DNA of 64,000 bases from an uncultured Desulfobacter sp. (GCA_963665095.1 OY762069.1:6144001-6208000), one strand, 5' to 3'. Numbered from the stretch's first letter, positions 40,677 through 50,148 are shown. The notes: generated from the sequence alone by a model not told the origin. Translations and numbers: made by a program.

Positions 40677-41547
40677 GAATAACCTCCCGCATCAGGCCGA
40701 TATGAATACTCAGATACTTTTTGGTCGAATCGAGGCTTTTATGTCCCATCATTTCTTTGATTTCATAGATGGACATACCGGATTCCAACATATTCTGGGC
40801 AAACGAATGCCGCAGCCAGTATGTACTTGATCCAAGATTCTTTTTCGTCATGCATTCTTTTATATCTCGGGGGATATCGCTCCTGTTGGCCGGTTTATAA
40901 GGTGGTGTCAACTGTAAAAATAGAACTCGGGATTGGGTTTCAGGTCTCCCGCCCACAATATAGGCAGTGATCGCTTTGATGATGTTGTCGGGAAGGGGAA
41001 GATGGGCAGGATTGCAATTTTTTCTTGAACGGATAAAAATTTCTTTCTGTCTGAATGAGATGTCATCCAGGGTTAGCAACCTGATTTCTTTGGGTCTCAA
41101 TCCCAGGTAATACGCCAGGTGTATGGCGGCATTCGTGCGAAGATCTTTTGCTGTTGATAGACCCAGACTGTCAAACAGTTTTTGAACTTCATGGGAGCGT
41201 AAAAATTTGAGTGGCTTTAGTTGTCCGAACTCCGGAGGGCTTACTATCAAAGGGGCGAGATCTTTTTTGATATATTGTTCCAGATAAAGATATCTCAAAA
41301 ACTGCCTGAGATATGACCGGTTCGATTTAGCGGTCCCTATGGAATAATTGGTATTGTACAGGGCTAAAAATTGATCAACCTTCTGGATGGATATCTCATT
41401 CAGGGGGACGCCTGATTTTTGCAGATAAATATCCAAACCTGTCAATATCCGCTGCATTCCTCTGACGCTTTGCTGACCACGAACTTGATGACTATAATAA
41501 TCCAGATACCGCTGACAGATTTCCGGCAATATATGATCAGGTGTCAT
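40660..41547 (-). CDS. Tyrosine recombinase (RitA-like)
   Basis: GLRPKEI, YWLRHS (first His replaced by Tyr), MGH, TKKY. Confidence 0.9.
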   Translation of the reverse strand: MTPDHILPEICQRYLDYYSHQVRGQQSVRGMQRILTGLDIYLQKSGVPLNEISIQKVDQFLALYNTNYSIGTAKSNRSYLRQFLRYLYLEQYIKKDLAPLIVSPPEFGQLKPLKFLRSHEVQKLFDSLGLSTAKDLRTNAAIHLAYYLGLRPKEIRLLTLDDISFRQKEIFIRSRKNCNPAHLPLPDNIIKAITAYIVGGRPETQSRVLFLQLTPPYKPANRSDIPRDIKECMTKKNLGSSTYWLRHSFAQNMLESGMSIYEIKEMMGHKSLDSTKKYLSIHIGLMREVILDETF

Positions 41548-41845
41548 GACCGGATTCCCTTGCGGTTAAAATCGTCTGCAGATATTTTACGCTGCTGACA
41601 AAATCGGTGTTGCGGCAGATCATTACCATATCGATGGTGTTAAAATTTCTTTCGCATCGAAAGCACCGGCTCAAATTCGTTCTGGGATTAACCGCGGTCT
41701 GGAACTCGTTGCACAAGGGGCACAGAAAACGGAAAACCCCTTCACTGATTTTGGCCGGGATACCCAGCTGTGCTTCGATCAGTACATGAATGGGTATTGA
41801 ATTTCGTAAGTTATAAAGTTCCTTTGAAGAAAATAGTTTGCCCAT
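41537..41845 (-). CDS. Stand-alone primase-type (CHC2-like) zinc-finger protein
   Basis: FLCPLC...SRCFRC..NFNTIDMV...FVSSVKYL resembles the DnaG zinc-binding domain; overlaps ritA. Confidence 0.75.
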   Translation of the reverse strand: MGKLFSSKELYNLRNSIPIHVLIEAQLGIPAKISEGVFRFLCPLCNEFQTAVNPRTNLSRCFRCERNFNTIDMVMICRNTDFVSSVKYLQTILTARESGHDT

Positions 41846-42350
41846 GTTGACACCTCTTCTTTTTGGTCAGTTCTTTCAGAATATCTGGCGTCAACTTTAC
41901 CGTTTCCTGGTCCGTGGCATCAATAATCTCTTGTAACGCATTTTTATTAAGAAGGGTGTCAAATCCAATAAAGACAAGGGTCTTGGTCGATATTAAATCT
42001 TGTAACGGTATTTGAATTAAATCCGTCGAAGAGCCTTTACCAGTAATGCTTTTGCCGGTTTTCATCTCTTGTAACGCATCTTCAGTTAAGAATGGTCTTT
42101 TGCGGGGCTTTTTTCGCTTCCAGTAACCTGGATTGGTTTGACGCCACTCCTGAACACGGGCAACATTCTCAGGACCTGAGAAATAATCCTGATTTTTGGG
42201 TTGATTCAGCCATTTTTGCTGGCTGTGTTTTTTACTGGCAATTTTACATTCTGGTTTGTCGCAAAATCTTTGCCGCTTCAAATGCCGGGGATCTGGTTTG
42301 AATAAATTTTGGCAGTTTTTACACCTGCGCTGTCGGATTTGTTTTTTCAT
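41811..42350 (-). CDS. Hypothetical protein with N-terminal CxxC...C-x4-C cluster, first gene of the RIT operon
   Basis: RCKNC...FCDKPEC; basic RVQEWRQTNPGYWKR; AAGGAGG RBS. Confidence 0.75.
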   Translation of the reverse strand: MKKQIRQRRCKNCQNLFKPDPRHLKRQRFCDKPECKIASKKHSQQKWLNQPKNQDYFSGPENVARVQEWRQTNPGYWKRKKPRKRPFLTEDALQEMKTGKSITGKGSSTDLIQIPLQDLISTKTLVFIGFDTLLNKNALQEIIDATDQETVKLTPDILKELTKKKRCQHGQTIFFKGTL

Positions 42351-42902
42351 AGACCTGATACCTCCTTAGGTCTATGATCGGACGAATGATGGCGGGGTAG
42401 TATTTTTTCAAAATATGGCGGGGTCTTGCAGGGTCCGGCTGGATCGGGCGGGGTAAAACACGCAACAAAAAAAACTCGCTACATAAATACCATAAGTGCT
42501 TAGTCAATTTTATCCCGGATTAATAAGATTTTTATCCAAGGTCGAATGGAGTAATTTTTTATCAATCTAATTTGACACTTAGTCTTTTTATCCTTATTTT
42601 CATTTTGATAATGTTTTTAGATTAGTGAATATCGCTAAGATTACGAGTCTAAACCAATTACTTGATGCAATGTTGATAACAGGAAGCCTATTTTTACTAT
42701 CTTTAATTAAACCAGCATTTAATTTAGTGACACGAAGAGTTAAACCCTTCCTGATGGAGGCAATGCCTATGGTTATCAATATATCGAATGAATTCGTTGT
42801 TAATCTCACAGCTTTTTGTATCAATGTCATCGCAACAGGGCGGACTCCACTAATCTAAGAACATTATTCGTTTAGTTCGTGGTAAGGAGCACGCACTCTG
42901 GA

Positions 42903-43145
42903 ATGAGTATAAATATAAAGCTTGTTGAATTCCGTAAAAAAATTAGAAAGAATCAAAAGAAAATTATAGATTCAATTATTGAAAATCACACAAAAAATAT
43001 TTGTATCTTTTGCGGAGAATCTGAGAACCTGACTAAAGAACATGTGATTCCCCAATGGGTTTATGACCATTGCACTAAGCGGGCTTTTGTTACTACAATA
43101 AATAACAAGTCGCAAACTTATCACATGGCAACGCTTCCATGTTGA
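42903..43145 (+). pseudogene. N-terminal fragment of an HNH-like endonuclease
   Basis: CIFCG...LTKEHVIPQW...TLPC, broken at the junction with the IS1634 fragment. Confidence 0.65.
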
Positions 43146-43879
43146 TTAGCCGGCAATCGGCTCAGGAAACGAATCCCGTTTCTCTGTGCAGCTATAAGGT
43201 TATCTGTGGTTACAAAGGCTGAATCTGCGACATAAATGGATGCTCCCGGCTTGAATCCATGTTCAGCCATGTGTGATGAAATATGAGATAACAGCTCATT
43301 GTTCAGGGTCTTGTCTGAAGCATTCCCGTTCTGGGTTTTTCCTATGATCGGAATATTTCGGTCTACACACAACATGGACACCATGAATTGCTTCAAATCC
43401 GGTCGTTTATCCTTGCTGTAACCGTAGGTGATATTCAATGGCGTATCGGGGTAATCTTCGTAAGCACCAAAAACGGAAACAGAGGTAGTATCAAAGTGGT
43501 GATGGCGCGTATCCAGTTTAAAACAACCGATGGCATTTTGGGAAATCTGGGAAAATATCTTTTGAGTTCCCGTCTCAAAAAGCTTGTCCAATACCCGCCC
43601 GAGATTTGTGTCGTTAAATTTATCAGGACTAATGGGTTTGCCAAAAAGCAACTCGGTATCCATCTCGTCGAAAGCCTCTTCGAGTCGGTACAAAGGAGTC
43701 CTTCCGGAGACAGTATCCATAATCATCCCAAGGACTGCATCGCCTGGCGATAGTTCCATTTTGCTATCTGTCATGGTATTGATCGTTTCAACCAGGTTGA
43801 TACGTTTAGCGTACTCTTTGAAAATCGGAAGAAATTTTACATCTGTGAAATTCCATTCCTCGGTACCTGGAATGTTCAT
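43121..43879 (-). pseudogene. IS1634-family transposase, 3'-truncated
   Basis: FNDTNLGRVLDKL, HFDTTS, GYSKDKRPDLKQ, GNASD, VADSA, FLSRLP, then abrupt end; upstream IS end probably near 44060. Confidence 0.85.
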
Positions 43880-44131
43880 ATTTTGCCCCCCTCGGTTTTG
43901 AGTTTTTTTGGGGAGCACCATAGACTAAATATTTGTGTTTGCATAGACAAACATTTTTTATTTATTTGATTTTTATGAAATGTTTGAAAACCAAGTTAAC
44001 CTACTTATTTTAAATAATTTTAAATTGTAGGCGCTTTATCACTTGAAGGTGAGGAAAATACGATAAGTGATCCCTTCAATAATATTTTCAAAAACCGAAA
44101 TTAATATCATAGAAGTCCTTTAAAATCTAAT

Positions 44132-44160
44132 TTGACAATGCATTGTCAAGTTGTTACCAT
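44132..44160 (+). promoter_or_regulatory. Promoter with a perfect 18-bp palindrome (candidate MarR operator)
   Basis: TTGACAATGCATTGTCAA (44132-49) contains -35 TTGACA; -10 TACCAT at 44155-60. Confidence 0.7.
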
Positions 44161-44166
44161 GTTGTC

Positions 44167-44607
44167 ATGGATAACGACAAACAGACACAAACGGCAGATA
44201 TTTTCATCGAGCTTGTTCTTGAGACCTTTAAATTCAACGGACTCCTTATAGCTTCAGGTGACAAATTAACTCATGAATTAGGCCTCACAAGTGCATTGTG
44301 GCAGGTTTTAGGTGCTATTCAAGAAGCATCAATCCCCATGGCTCAAATTGCAAGGAATATGGGATTAAGCAGGCAAGGGGTAAGAAGATCAACTAATGTT
44401 TTGGTGGATAAAGGACTTGTTAGATTTGAGGATAACCCTGACCACAAGCGTGCAAAGCTTGTCGTTCCAACTAAAAAAGGCCGGGAAGTACTCGAGCAAC
44501 TCGAGAAAATCCAGATAGTTTGGGCAAATGCTGTTTCGAAAGAATTCAACAATGTCGATTTAAAAAGAGCCGTACACACAATGAAAGCTTTGGGTGAAAA
44601 ATTATAA
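44167..44607 (+). CDS. MarR-family regulator
   Basis: GLTSALWQVLG...IARNMGLSRQGV...NPDHKRAKL; start set at ATG 44167. Confidence 0.9.
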   Translation: MDNDKQTQTADIFIELVLETFKFNGLLIASGDKLTHELGLTSALWQVLGAIQEASIPMAQIARNMGLSRQGVRRSTNVLVDKGLVRFEDNPDHKRAKLVVPTKKGREVLEQLEKIQIVWANAVSKEFNNVDLKRAVHTMKALGEKL

Positions 44608-44623
44608 TTTTTAAGAGAGAAAC

Positions 44624-45160
44624 ATGAAAACACTTAATCGATCTCAGCAAAATTTTTTAAAGACATTCCATTTTATCTCAGCAGGCATTTGGATGACAGG
44701 TGTTATTATCTTGATGCTAATGCCGTTGATTTCAAAAAATATCACAATAGGTGATGAGTTATATATGTATGATCGCATATATCATTTTATTGATATAAAG
44801 ATTCTCACACCAGCCGCTGTGTTTACTCTAATAACTGGCCTGATATTTTCTGTTTTTACTAAGTGGGGATTTTTTAAACATGGCTGGCTGATATACAAAT
44901 GGGCAATTACAATGGTGATAATTCTAACGGGGACATTTTACCTGGGACCGATGGTAAAAAATATGCTTGAAATTTCAAACGTTCAACGAATTTCAGCTTT
45001 AGGTGACCCTAACTACCAAGCAGGATTGGTCATTGGGTTTTGGGCATCAATTATTAATTCAATATTACTGATAATTGCGGTCGTCGTTTCAGTTTACAAA
45101 CCTTGGAAGAATATTTCAAAATCTATTCAAATAAAACAAGGAAAGAATGATGAAGGGTAA
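44624..45160 (+). CDS. 4-TM membrane protein (DUF2269-like)
   Basis: KWGFFKHGWLIYK and C-terminal SVYKPW. Confidence 0.7.
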   Translation: MKTLNRSQQNFLKTFHFISAGIWMTGVIILMLMPLISKNITIGDELYMYDRIYHFIDIKILTPAAVFTLITGLIFSVFTKWGFFKHGWLIYKWAITMVIILTGTFYLGPMVKNMLEISNVQRISALGDPNYQAGLVIGFWASIINSILLIIAVVVSVYKPWKNISKSIQIKQGKNDEG

Positions 45161-45590
45161 AATCCATCTTGTTGCTGCCACTTTGGCAACTTTATGCATA
45201 GCCACATTTTTTACATCAACGATACTCGTAGAGTTGTTTGGCTCTCCCAATTGGATTTCAACTGTAAAAGGTTTGATAGTAATGCCAGGTTTAATAATTC
45301 TCGTTATAGCCATTGCTATAACTGGAGGAACCGGGTTTGCTCTTTCAAAAAAAAGAAAGGGCAAATTGGTAGCTAACAAAAAAAGACGTATGCCAATCAT
45401 TGGCGCAAATGGTTTATTGGTGTTGATTCCAGCAGCCATATTTCTCAACCAATGGGCAACTGTACATTCTTTTGATATGAAATTTTATATCGTTCAAGGG
45501 TTGGAGTTATTAGCAGGAGCATTGAATTTATTTTTAATGGGGATGAACATGCGCGATGGCTTAAAAATGACAGGGAAAATTCGAATTTGA
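45147..45590 (+). CDS. 4-TM membrane protein of unknown function
   Basis: Hydrophobic segments, overlapping the upstream gene. Confidence 0.75.
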   Translation: MMKGKIHLVAATLATLCIATFFTSTILVELFGSPNWISTVKGLIVMPGLIILVIAIAITGGTGFALSKKRKGKLVANKKRRMPIIGANGLLVLIPAAIFLNQWATVHSFDMKFYIVQGLELLAGALNLFLMGMNMRDGLKMTGKIRI

Positions 45591-45793
45591 TTGAATGAAA
45601 TATAGCGAGCCCTATGTCTATTTAGTCCTGTTTTTTTTGTAAAACGGTTCACCCCTATATGTTGTGCCTGCTTTGAAAAGCCCAGAATCAATTTAATAGA
45701 ACATTATCCTGTTTTTCCGGAAACCTTTCGCCTCCAATCTTCGCCCCGCACATAGTTCCATTCCCTTTTATGGGAACTTTTTACACTTGAGCT

Positions 45794-45812
45794 TTACGCT
45801 AAATTAACGTAA
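45794..45812. promoter_or_regulatory. Candidate antitoxin operator
   Basis: TTACG-N9-CGTAA palindrome just upstream of the toxin start. Confidence 0.5.
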
Positions 45813-45824
45813 TTATAAATTATC

Positions 45825-46097
45825 ATGAATTTGGTCATTTTACACAGAAAAGCTGAGAAACAGCTAAAGAAGATTCCGACCTATATTAGAATTAATTTTC
45901 AAATTTGGGTTCAAGATGTTGAGGCAAACGGAATTGAAAATACAAGAACTGTTCCGGGATATCATGATGCGCCGTTAAAGGGACAGCGATCTGGTCAACG
46001 ATCAATAAGACTATCAAGAGCCTACAGGGCAATATATGTTGAGCATGAGGATAATATAATTATTGAAGTCATAGAGGTGAATAAACATGAGTATTAA
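45825..46097 (+). CDS. RelE/HigB-type toxin
   Basis: PGYHDAPLKGQRSGQRSIRLSRAYRAIY; toxin-first order. Confidence 0.82.
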   Translation: MNLVILHRKAEKQLKKIPTYIRINFQIWVQDVEANGIENTRTVPGYHDAPLKGQRSGQRSIRLSRAYRAIYVEHEDNIIIEVIEVNKHEY

Positions 46098-46386
46098 AGA
46101 AACACTTTCCGCAAAATTGGAAAAAGAATATGGGCCTGTCACTTTTGGCCGTGCGCTCTGGGCGTATCGGAAGGGTGAAGAAATGACTCAGACCGAATTA
46201 GCACATACCTTGGGTATATCATCTTCAAGTCTCTGTGATTTAGAAAAAGGACGTACTATACCCACTGTTCGCCGAGCCGCTAAGCTTGCTAAACAGTTAG
46301 GACAATCTGAAAAAATGTGGGTCCAGTTGGCTGTTCAGGATTCTTTTGACGACGCTGGATTGAATTATAGAATTTCCTTGGCATAA
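46087..46386 (+). CDS. HigA-like XRE HTH antitoxin
   Basis: MTQTELAHTLGISSSSLCDLEKGR HTH; overlaps the toxin. Confidence 0.85.
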   Translation: MSIKETLSAKLEKEYGPVTFGRALWAYRKGEEMTQTELAHTLGISSSSLCDLEKGRTIPTVRRAAKLAKQLGQSEKMWVQLAVQDSFDDAGLNYRISLA

Positions 46387-46647
46387 TTTTATAAAACAAA
46401 AAATTGAACAAGCACTAATGGTATCAAGGGTCAACCCTAACCCGAATATTTCATGACTTTTTGAGTGATTACGCAAAATGCATTATCATCACAGATTGTT
46501 ACATTAAATATTAAGATATTTTTAAACATACAAATTGTCATCCTCCGGGCGAAGTGAAATATCCGGGCTAAATCCCTATCGGCAAGGAATAGCGAAAGTA
46601 GTAAACGACTTTATTACCAATGGTTTCGGCCATAATTCATAGACATA

Positions 46648-46747
46648 GTTCCGGGCCGTGCGTCTGCCGTTCGCTGGAAGATGGAAACAATATCACAGAA
46701 AATAAATATGCCATTGCCCTGGAAGTTGCCGGGGAGGCCTTGGGTGG
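46648..46747 (+). repeat. Right copy of the direct repeat
   Basis: Contiguous version of 37997-38025 + 38203-38276. Confidence 0.85.
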
Positions 46748-47043
46748 CTGTTGTGGAGTGTTAAAATCTTTGCGTGCGGAACAACAGCCTGCCCAAGGCC
46801 GGATTTGGATGTGGCAGAGGGAATCGGGAACCATAGGAGTATAAGGGTAAGGGGTGTCGATAGCGGCTGGAAAGGCGGAGCCAAATTGGGTAAAGTTTAT
46901 ACTTTAAATTCTGTAATTAGATTACATGCGTTAGCCCTGGTGAAAAACAATACATTTGGAGAAATAGGTTTGACAAAAAAAATAGTGCATGCTACCCCTG
47001 TTTTAAGTAGCCAATATTAATTTCACGAGAGAGGTAAAACAGT

Positions 47044-47658
47044 TTGAATATAGTTGATAAATCAAGGGAAAAACTGCTGCTGTATGAAAACAGACATCAG
47101 ACCATACTGGATAATTCCATCCGGATTTTTAACAGCAGGGGATACAAGGCTGCGACAACTGCAATGATTGCAAGAGAATCCAATATTTCAGAGCCCACGT
47201 TGTATAAACACTTTAAAAATAAAAAACAGTTGTTTCTTGCCTGTTTCCAGTCCATTATCGGGCAGCTCTCCGTTGAAAACAAAGCGATTCTGCAAAAATA
47301 TAAAAACGATGAAATCGCCTGCATTGAAGCCATTTGCAAAGCGTATTTTGATTTTGTGGACCGCAATCCGGATAAATCCATGTTCCTTGTCCATATGCTC
47401 AGTTACAAAGATGACACCGATTTTAACACAGCCTTTGAAACCGCCATGAACAGGCAGAAAGACAGCATTGAGAAGGTGCTTGGTTCAGCTGTCAGGAAAG
47501 GAAAAGTCGACAAAAGCCTGAACTTAAAATTTTTCTCTTCCTTTTTTTGTTATCAATATTTTTGTGTGGTTGGCATGAAAGAAGATCTTGAAGATAAAAA
47601 TTTTCAATATGATCATTACTTTGACATTATTGAAAAAATTTTAGCCCACACTGCCTGA
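47044..47658 (+). CDS. TetR/AcrR-family regulator
   Basis: GYKAATTAMIARESNISEPTLYKHFKNKKQL; TTG start after GAGG. Confidence 0.9.
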   Translation: MNIVDKSREKLLLYENRHQTILDNSIRIFNSRGYKAATTAMIARESNISEPTLYKHFKNKKQLFLACFQSIIGQLSVENKAILQKYKNDEIACIEAICKAYFDFVDRNPDKSMFLVHMLSYKDDTDFNTAFETAMNRQKDSIEKVLGSAVRKGKVDKSLNLKFFSSFFCYQYFCVVGMKEDLEDKNFQYDHYFDIIEKILAHTA

Positions 47659-47693
47659 TCCCCCTTTGCGGGGCGGCAAATGAAAAAAAAGTA

Positions 47694-47878
47694 TTGACAT
47701 GTTCATTTTTCAATAGTACTCACTATCATAAAGATTGCAGAAACTATATAAATCGATTGACTCTATTAGAAAGGGTATGGTTATCATGATCCTGAAGCAA
47801 TAGAACAAAACCAGACAGAAGTTGAGCTGTTCTTTTTTTTGTCCAATGAGTTAGTAAATACTATTTAGTGTGTACTGT
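47694..47878 (+). promoter_or_regulatory. Promoter/operators of the catabolic operon
   Basis: TTGACA 47694-99; ATAGTACTCACTAT 47713-26; TTAGTAAATACTAT 47851-64; weaker copy 47865-78. Confidence 0.6.
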
Positions 47879-47953
47879 TCAATAACTTCGCAATAATTAA
47901 AGCTTTTGTCGCGGCTCTGAGAATTGAACCGGAAAAGGAGGCAAACCAGCACC

Positions 47954-48409
47954 ATGATTAATAAAGATCTTATAGGAAAAAAGATACTTGAATTTCAAAT
48001 GCCCGTTGAAAGGGGCAAAATTCGGGAATTTGCAAACGCTGTCACGGATAAAAGCAAAATCTATTCAGACCCGGATTATGCGGCATCCAAGGGTTTTCCA
48101 GGCGTTCCCATGCCGCCGACATTCCCGGTTACCAACGGATTTCATATTGAATCGGATAACTATGTGATGGAGATGACCCAAAAGCTTGGGATGAATGTTG
48201 CCACAAGTGTCCATGGAGAAGTTGAGTTCATTTATGAGCGGGCCGTTTGTGCCGGCGAAACCCTGCGCGGGGAAATCCATGTGGGCGATATCTATGAAAA
48301 GCAAAACGGCAATGGAAAAACCATGACATTTGTTGAGATGAAAAACCTGTTTTTCGACCGTGACAATGAACTGGTGATCACGGTGAACAATCTTTTTATT
48401 GAACGGTAA
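47954..48409 (+). CDS. MaoC/FAS1-like dehydratase N-terminal-type hot-dog protein
   Basis: VERGKIREFA, PPTF, VHGEVEF. Confidence 0.85.
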   Translation: MINKDLIGKKILEFQMPVERGKIREFANAVTDKSKIYSDPDYAASKGFPGVPMPPTFPVTNGFHIESDNYVMEMTQKLGMNVATSVHGEVEFIYERAVCAGETLRGEIHVGDIYEKQNGNGKTMTFVEMKNLFFDRDNELVITVNNLFIER

Positions 48410-48495
48410 ACCAGGACCATGGAAACAAACAGAAATTTTTGGGCGCCATCAGTGGATTTTACCATTTCCATGCCCCTTAAACAGCAGGAGATATC

Positions 48496-48924
48496 ATGGC
48501 TGAGTATGCATTAAAACAATTTGAAAGTGTGAAGGAAAATGAAGAACTGCCGTCATTTGACCTTAAGGTGACCCGGACTCACATCATTAAATATGTTGGT
48601 GCCGGAGGTGATTTCCAACCCATTCACCATGATGAAGCATATGCTGTGGCAAGCGGGTTGCCCTCTATTTTCGCCAACGGTCTGATGCACGGCGGCATGC
48701 TTGCAAAAGTGGTGACCAACTGGGCCGGTTACGGGGTGCTAAAGCAATATAAAATACGGTTTACTGGGATTGTATGGCCCGAAGATACCTTGCATTTTTC
48801 CGGTCATGTTGTCCGCAAAGAGCAAAAGGACAGTCAAAATCTGGCATTACTGGAGCTCAAAGTAGTCAACCAGAACAATGAAGCCGTCATAACCGGGGAG
48901 GCAACGGTCTGCCTTCCTTCATAG
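48496..48924 (+). CDS. MaoC-family (R)-hydratase
   Basis: GDFQPIH hydratase-2 motif (D-x4-H). Confidence 0.88.
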   Translation: MAEYALKQFESVKENEELPSFDLKVTRTHIIKYVGAGGDFQPIHHDEAYAVASGLPSIFANGLMHGGMLAKVVTNWAGYGVLKQYKIRFTGIVWPEDTLHFSGHVVRKEQKDSQNLALLELKVVNQNNEAVITGEATVCLPS

Positions 48925-48973
48925 CCGCAAACTATTTTAGCCGTACTGAAATCTGAATACAGGAGACAGAATA

Positions 48974-50119
48974 ATGGATTTTTCCCTGAGCAAAGAACAG
49001 GAGATGTTCCGCAAATCCGTGGAGGAATTTGCCAGAAAGGAGTTGCGTCCCGGAGTGGACGAACGCGCACTGACATCAGGATTTTCCCGTCTGGTATGGG
49101 AAAAACTTGGACAACTGGGCCTGACCGGCCTGAGTATCCCCGAAGATTTCGGCGGAGACGGTGAAGGGGCTGTAACCACTGTAACGGCATTGATGGCCCT
49201 TGCCAGGGCAAGCGGGGATTCAGGTCTGCTGGTGGTGCTGGCAAGCCATCTTTTGCTTACGGCCATGCCCATTGCCGAGCTGGGAACCAAAGCCCAAAAA
49301 GAGAAATACCTTCCCAAAATGGCTTCCGGCGAATTAATAGGAGCCTTTGCCCTGACCGAACCGGATGCAGGTTCCGATGCCACAAGCATGAAAACCACTG
49401 CCCGGAAAGAGGAGGGCTTCTATGTGCTGAACGGTTCCAAAACTTTTATTTCCAATGCCCCCATAGCAGATGTGTTTGTGGTGTTTGCCTCCACTGACCC
49501 GGGTGCAAGGGGAAAAGGATTATCCATGTTTATTGTGGATAAAGATACACCCGGGCTTACCACAGGCAACCCTCTTGAAAAATACAGCAACCATGATGCT
49601 CCCACAGGGGAGCTGTTTTTTGACAGCTGCCGGGTACCGGAAGAAAATCTTTTAGGCAATGAGAATCAGGGCTTTGCCCAGATGCTGTTTTCCCTGGGAT
49701 GGGAAAGAATCGCCTTTGCCCCTTATGTGGGCTTTATGGAAAATGATCTGAAGCAAAGTATTGAATACGCCAAAACCAGGGAGCAGTTCGGCCGGCCCGT
49801 GGGGAAATTTCAACTGGTCCAGGCAATGATAGCAGAGATGAAAATCGACATTGAAGCCTCCCGCCACCTGGTTTACCACCTGGCCTGGAAAAAAGACCAG
49901 GGCCAGGACATCAGCCTGGATGCAGCCGTTGCAAAGACCTTTATCACGGAAGCTGCATTCCGGGTGGCAGATAAGGCAATCCAGATCCACGGAGGCAACG
50001 GATGCATGGTGGAATACCCTGTGGGGCGAAGTCTTTGGAGCGCTAAAATGGGGATGATCGGCGGAGGCACCTCCCAGATGCAGCGAACCATTATCGGACG
50101 TATGGTCTTAGGAATCTAA
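48974..50119 (+). CDS. Acyl-CoA dehydrogenase
   Basis: FALTEPDAGSD, NGSKTFISN, WERI, REQFG, QIHGGNG, IGGGTSQM. Confidence 0.93.
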   Translation: MDFSLSKEQEMFRKSVEEFARKELRPGVDERALTSGFSRLVWEKLGQLGLTGLSIPEDFGGDGEGAVTTVTALMALARASGDSGLLVVLASHLLLTAMPIAELGTKAQKEKYLPKMASGELIGAFALTEPDAGSDATSMKTTARKEEGFYVLNGSKTFISNAPIADVFVVFASTDPGARGKGLSMFIVDKDTPGLTTGNPLEKYSNHDAPTGELFFDSCRVPEENLLGNENQGFAQMLFSLGWERIAFAPYVGFMENDLKQSIEYAKTREQFGRPVGKFQLVQAMIAEMKIDIEASRHLVYHLAWKKDQGQDISLDAAVAKTFITEAAFRVADKAIQIHGGNGCMVEYPVGRSLWSAKMGMIGGGTSQMQRTIIGRMVLGI

Positions 50120-50148
50120 ATGTGTAAACGCGAAAGGAGTTATAAATC

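Larger units (their letters stand above)
38491..42493 (-). mobile_element. RIT-type element (three tyrosine recombinases plus two Zn-finger genes)
   Basis: Terminal IRs TATGTTGCGAG (38499-509) / CTCGCTACATA (42475-85), flanked by direct repeat AATACCAT (38491-98, 42486-93). Confidence 0.85.

Noticed and set aside
42319..42858. Short ORFs at and beyond the RIT right end
   Set aside because: One crosses the element boundary; the others overlap on opposite strands with no recognisable motifs, and no interrupted target gene could be reconstructed
46620..47020. Small ORFs over the right direct repeat
   Set aside because: No RBS or motif support; the left copy has stops in the corresponding frames
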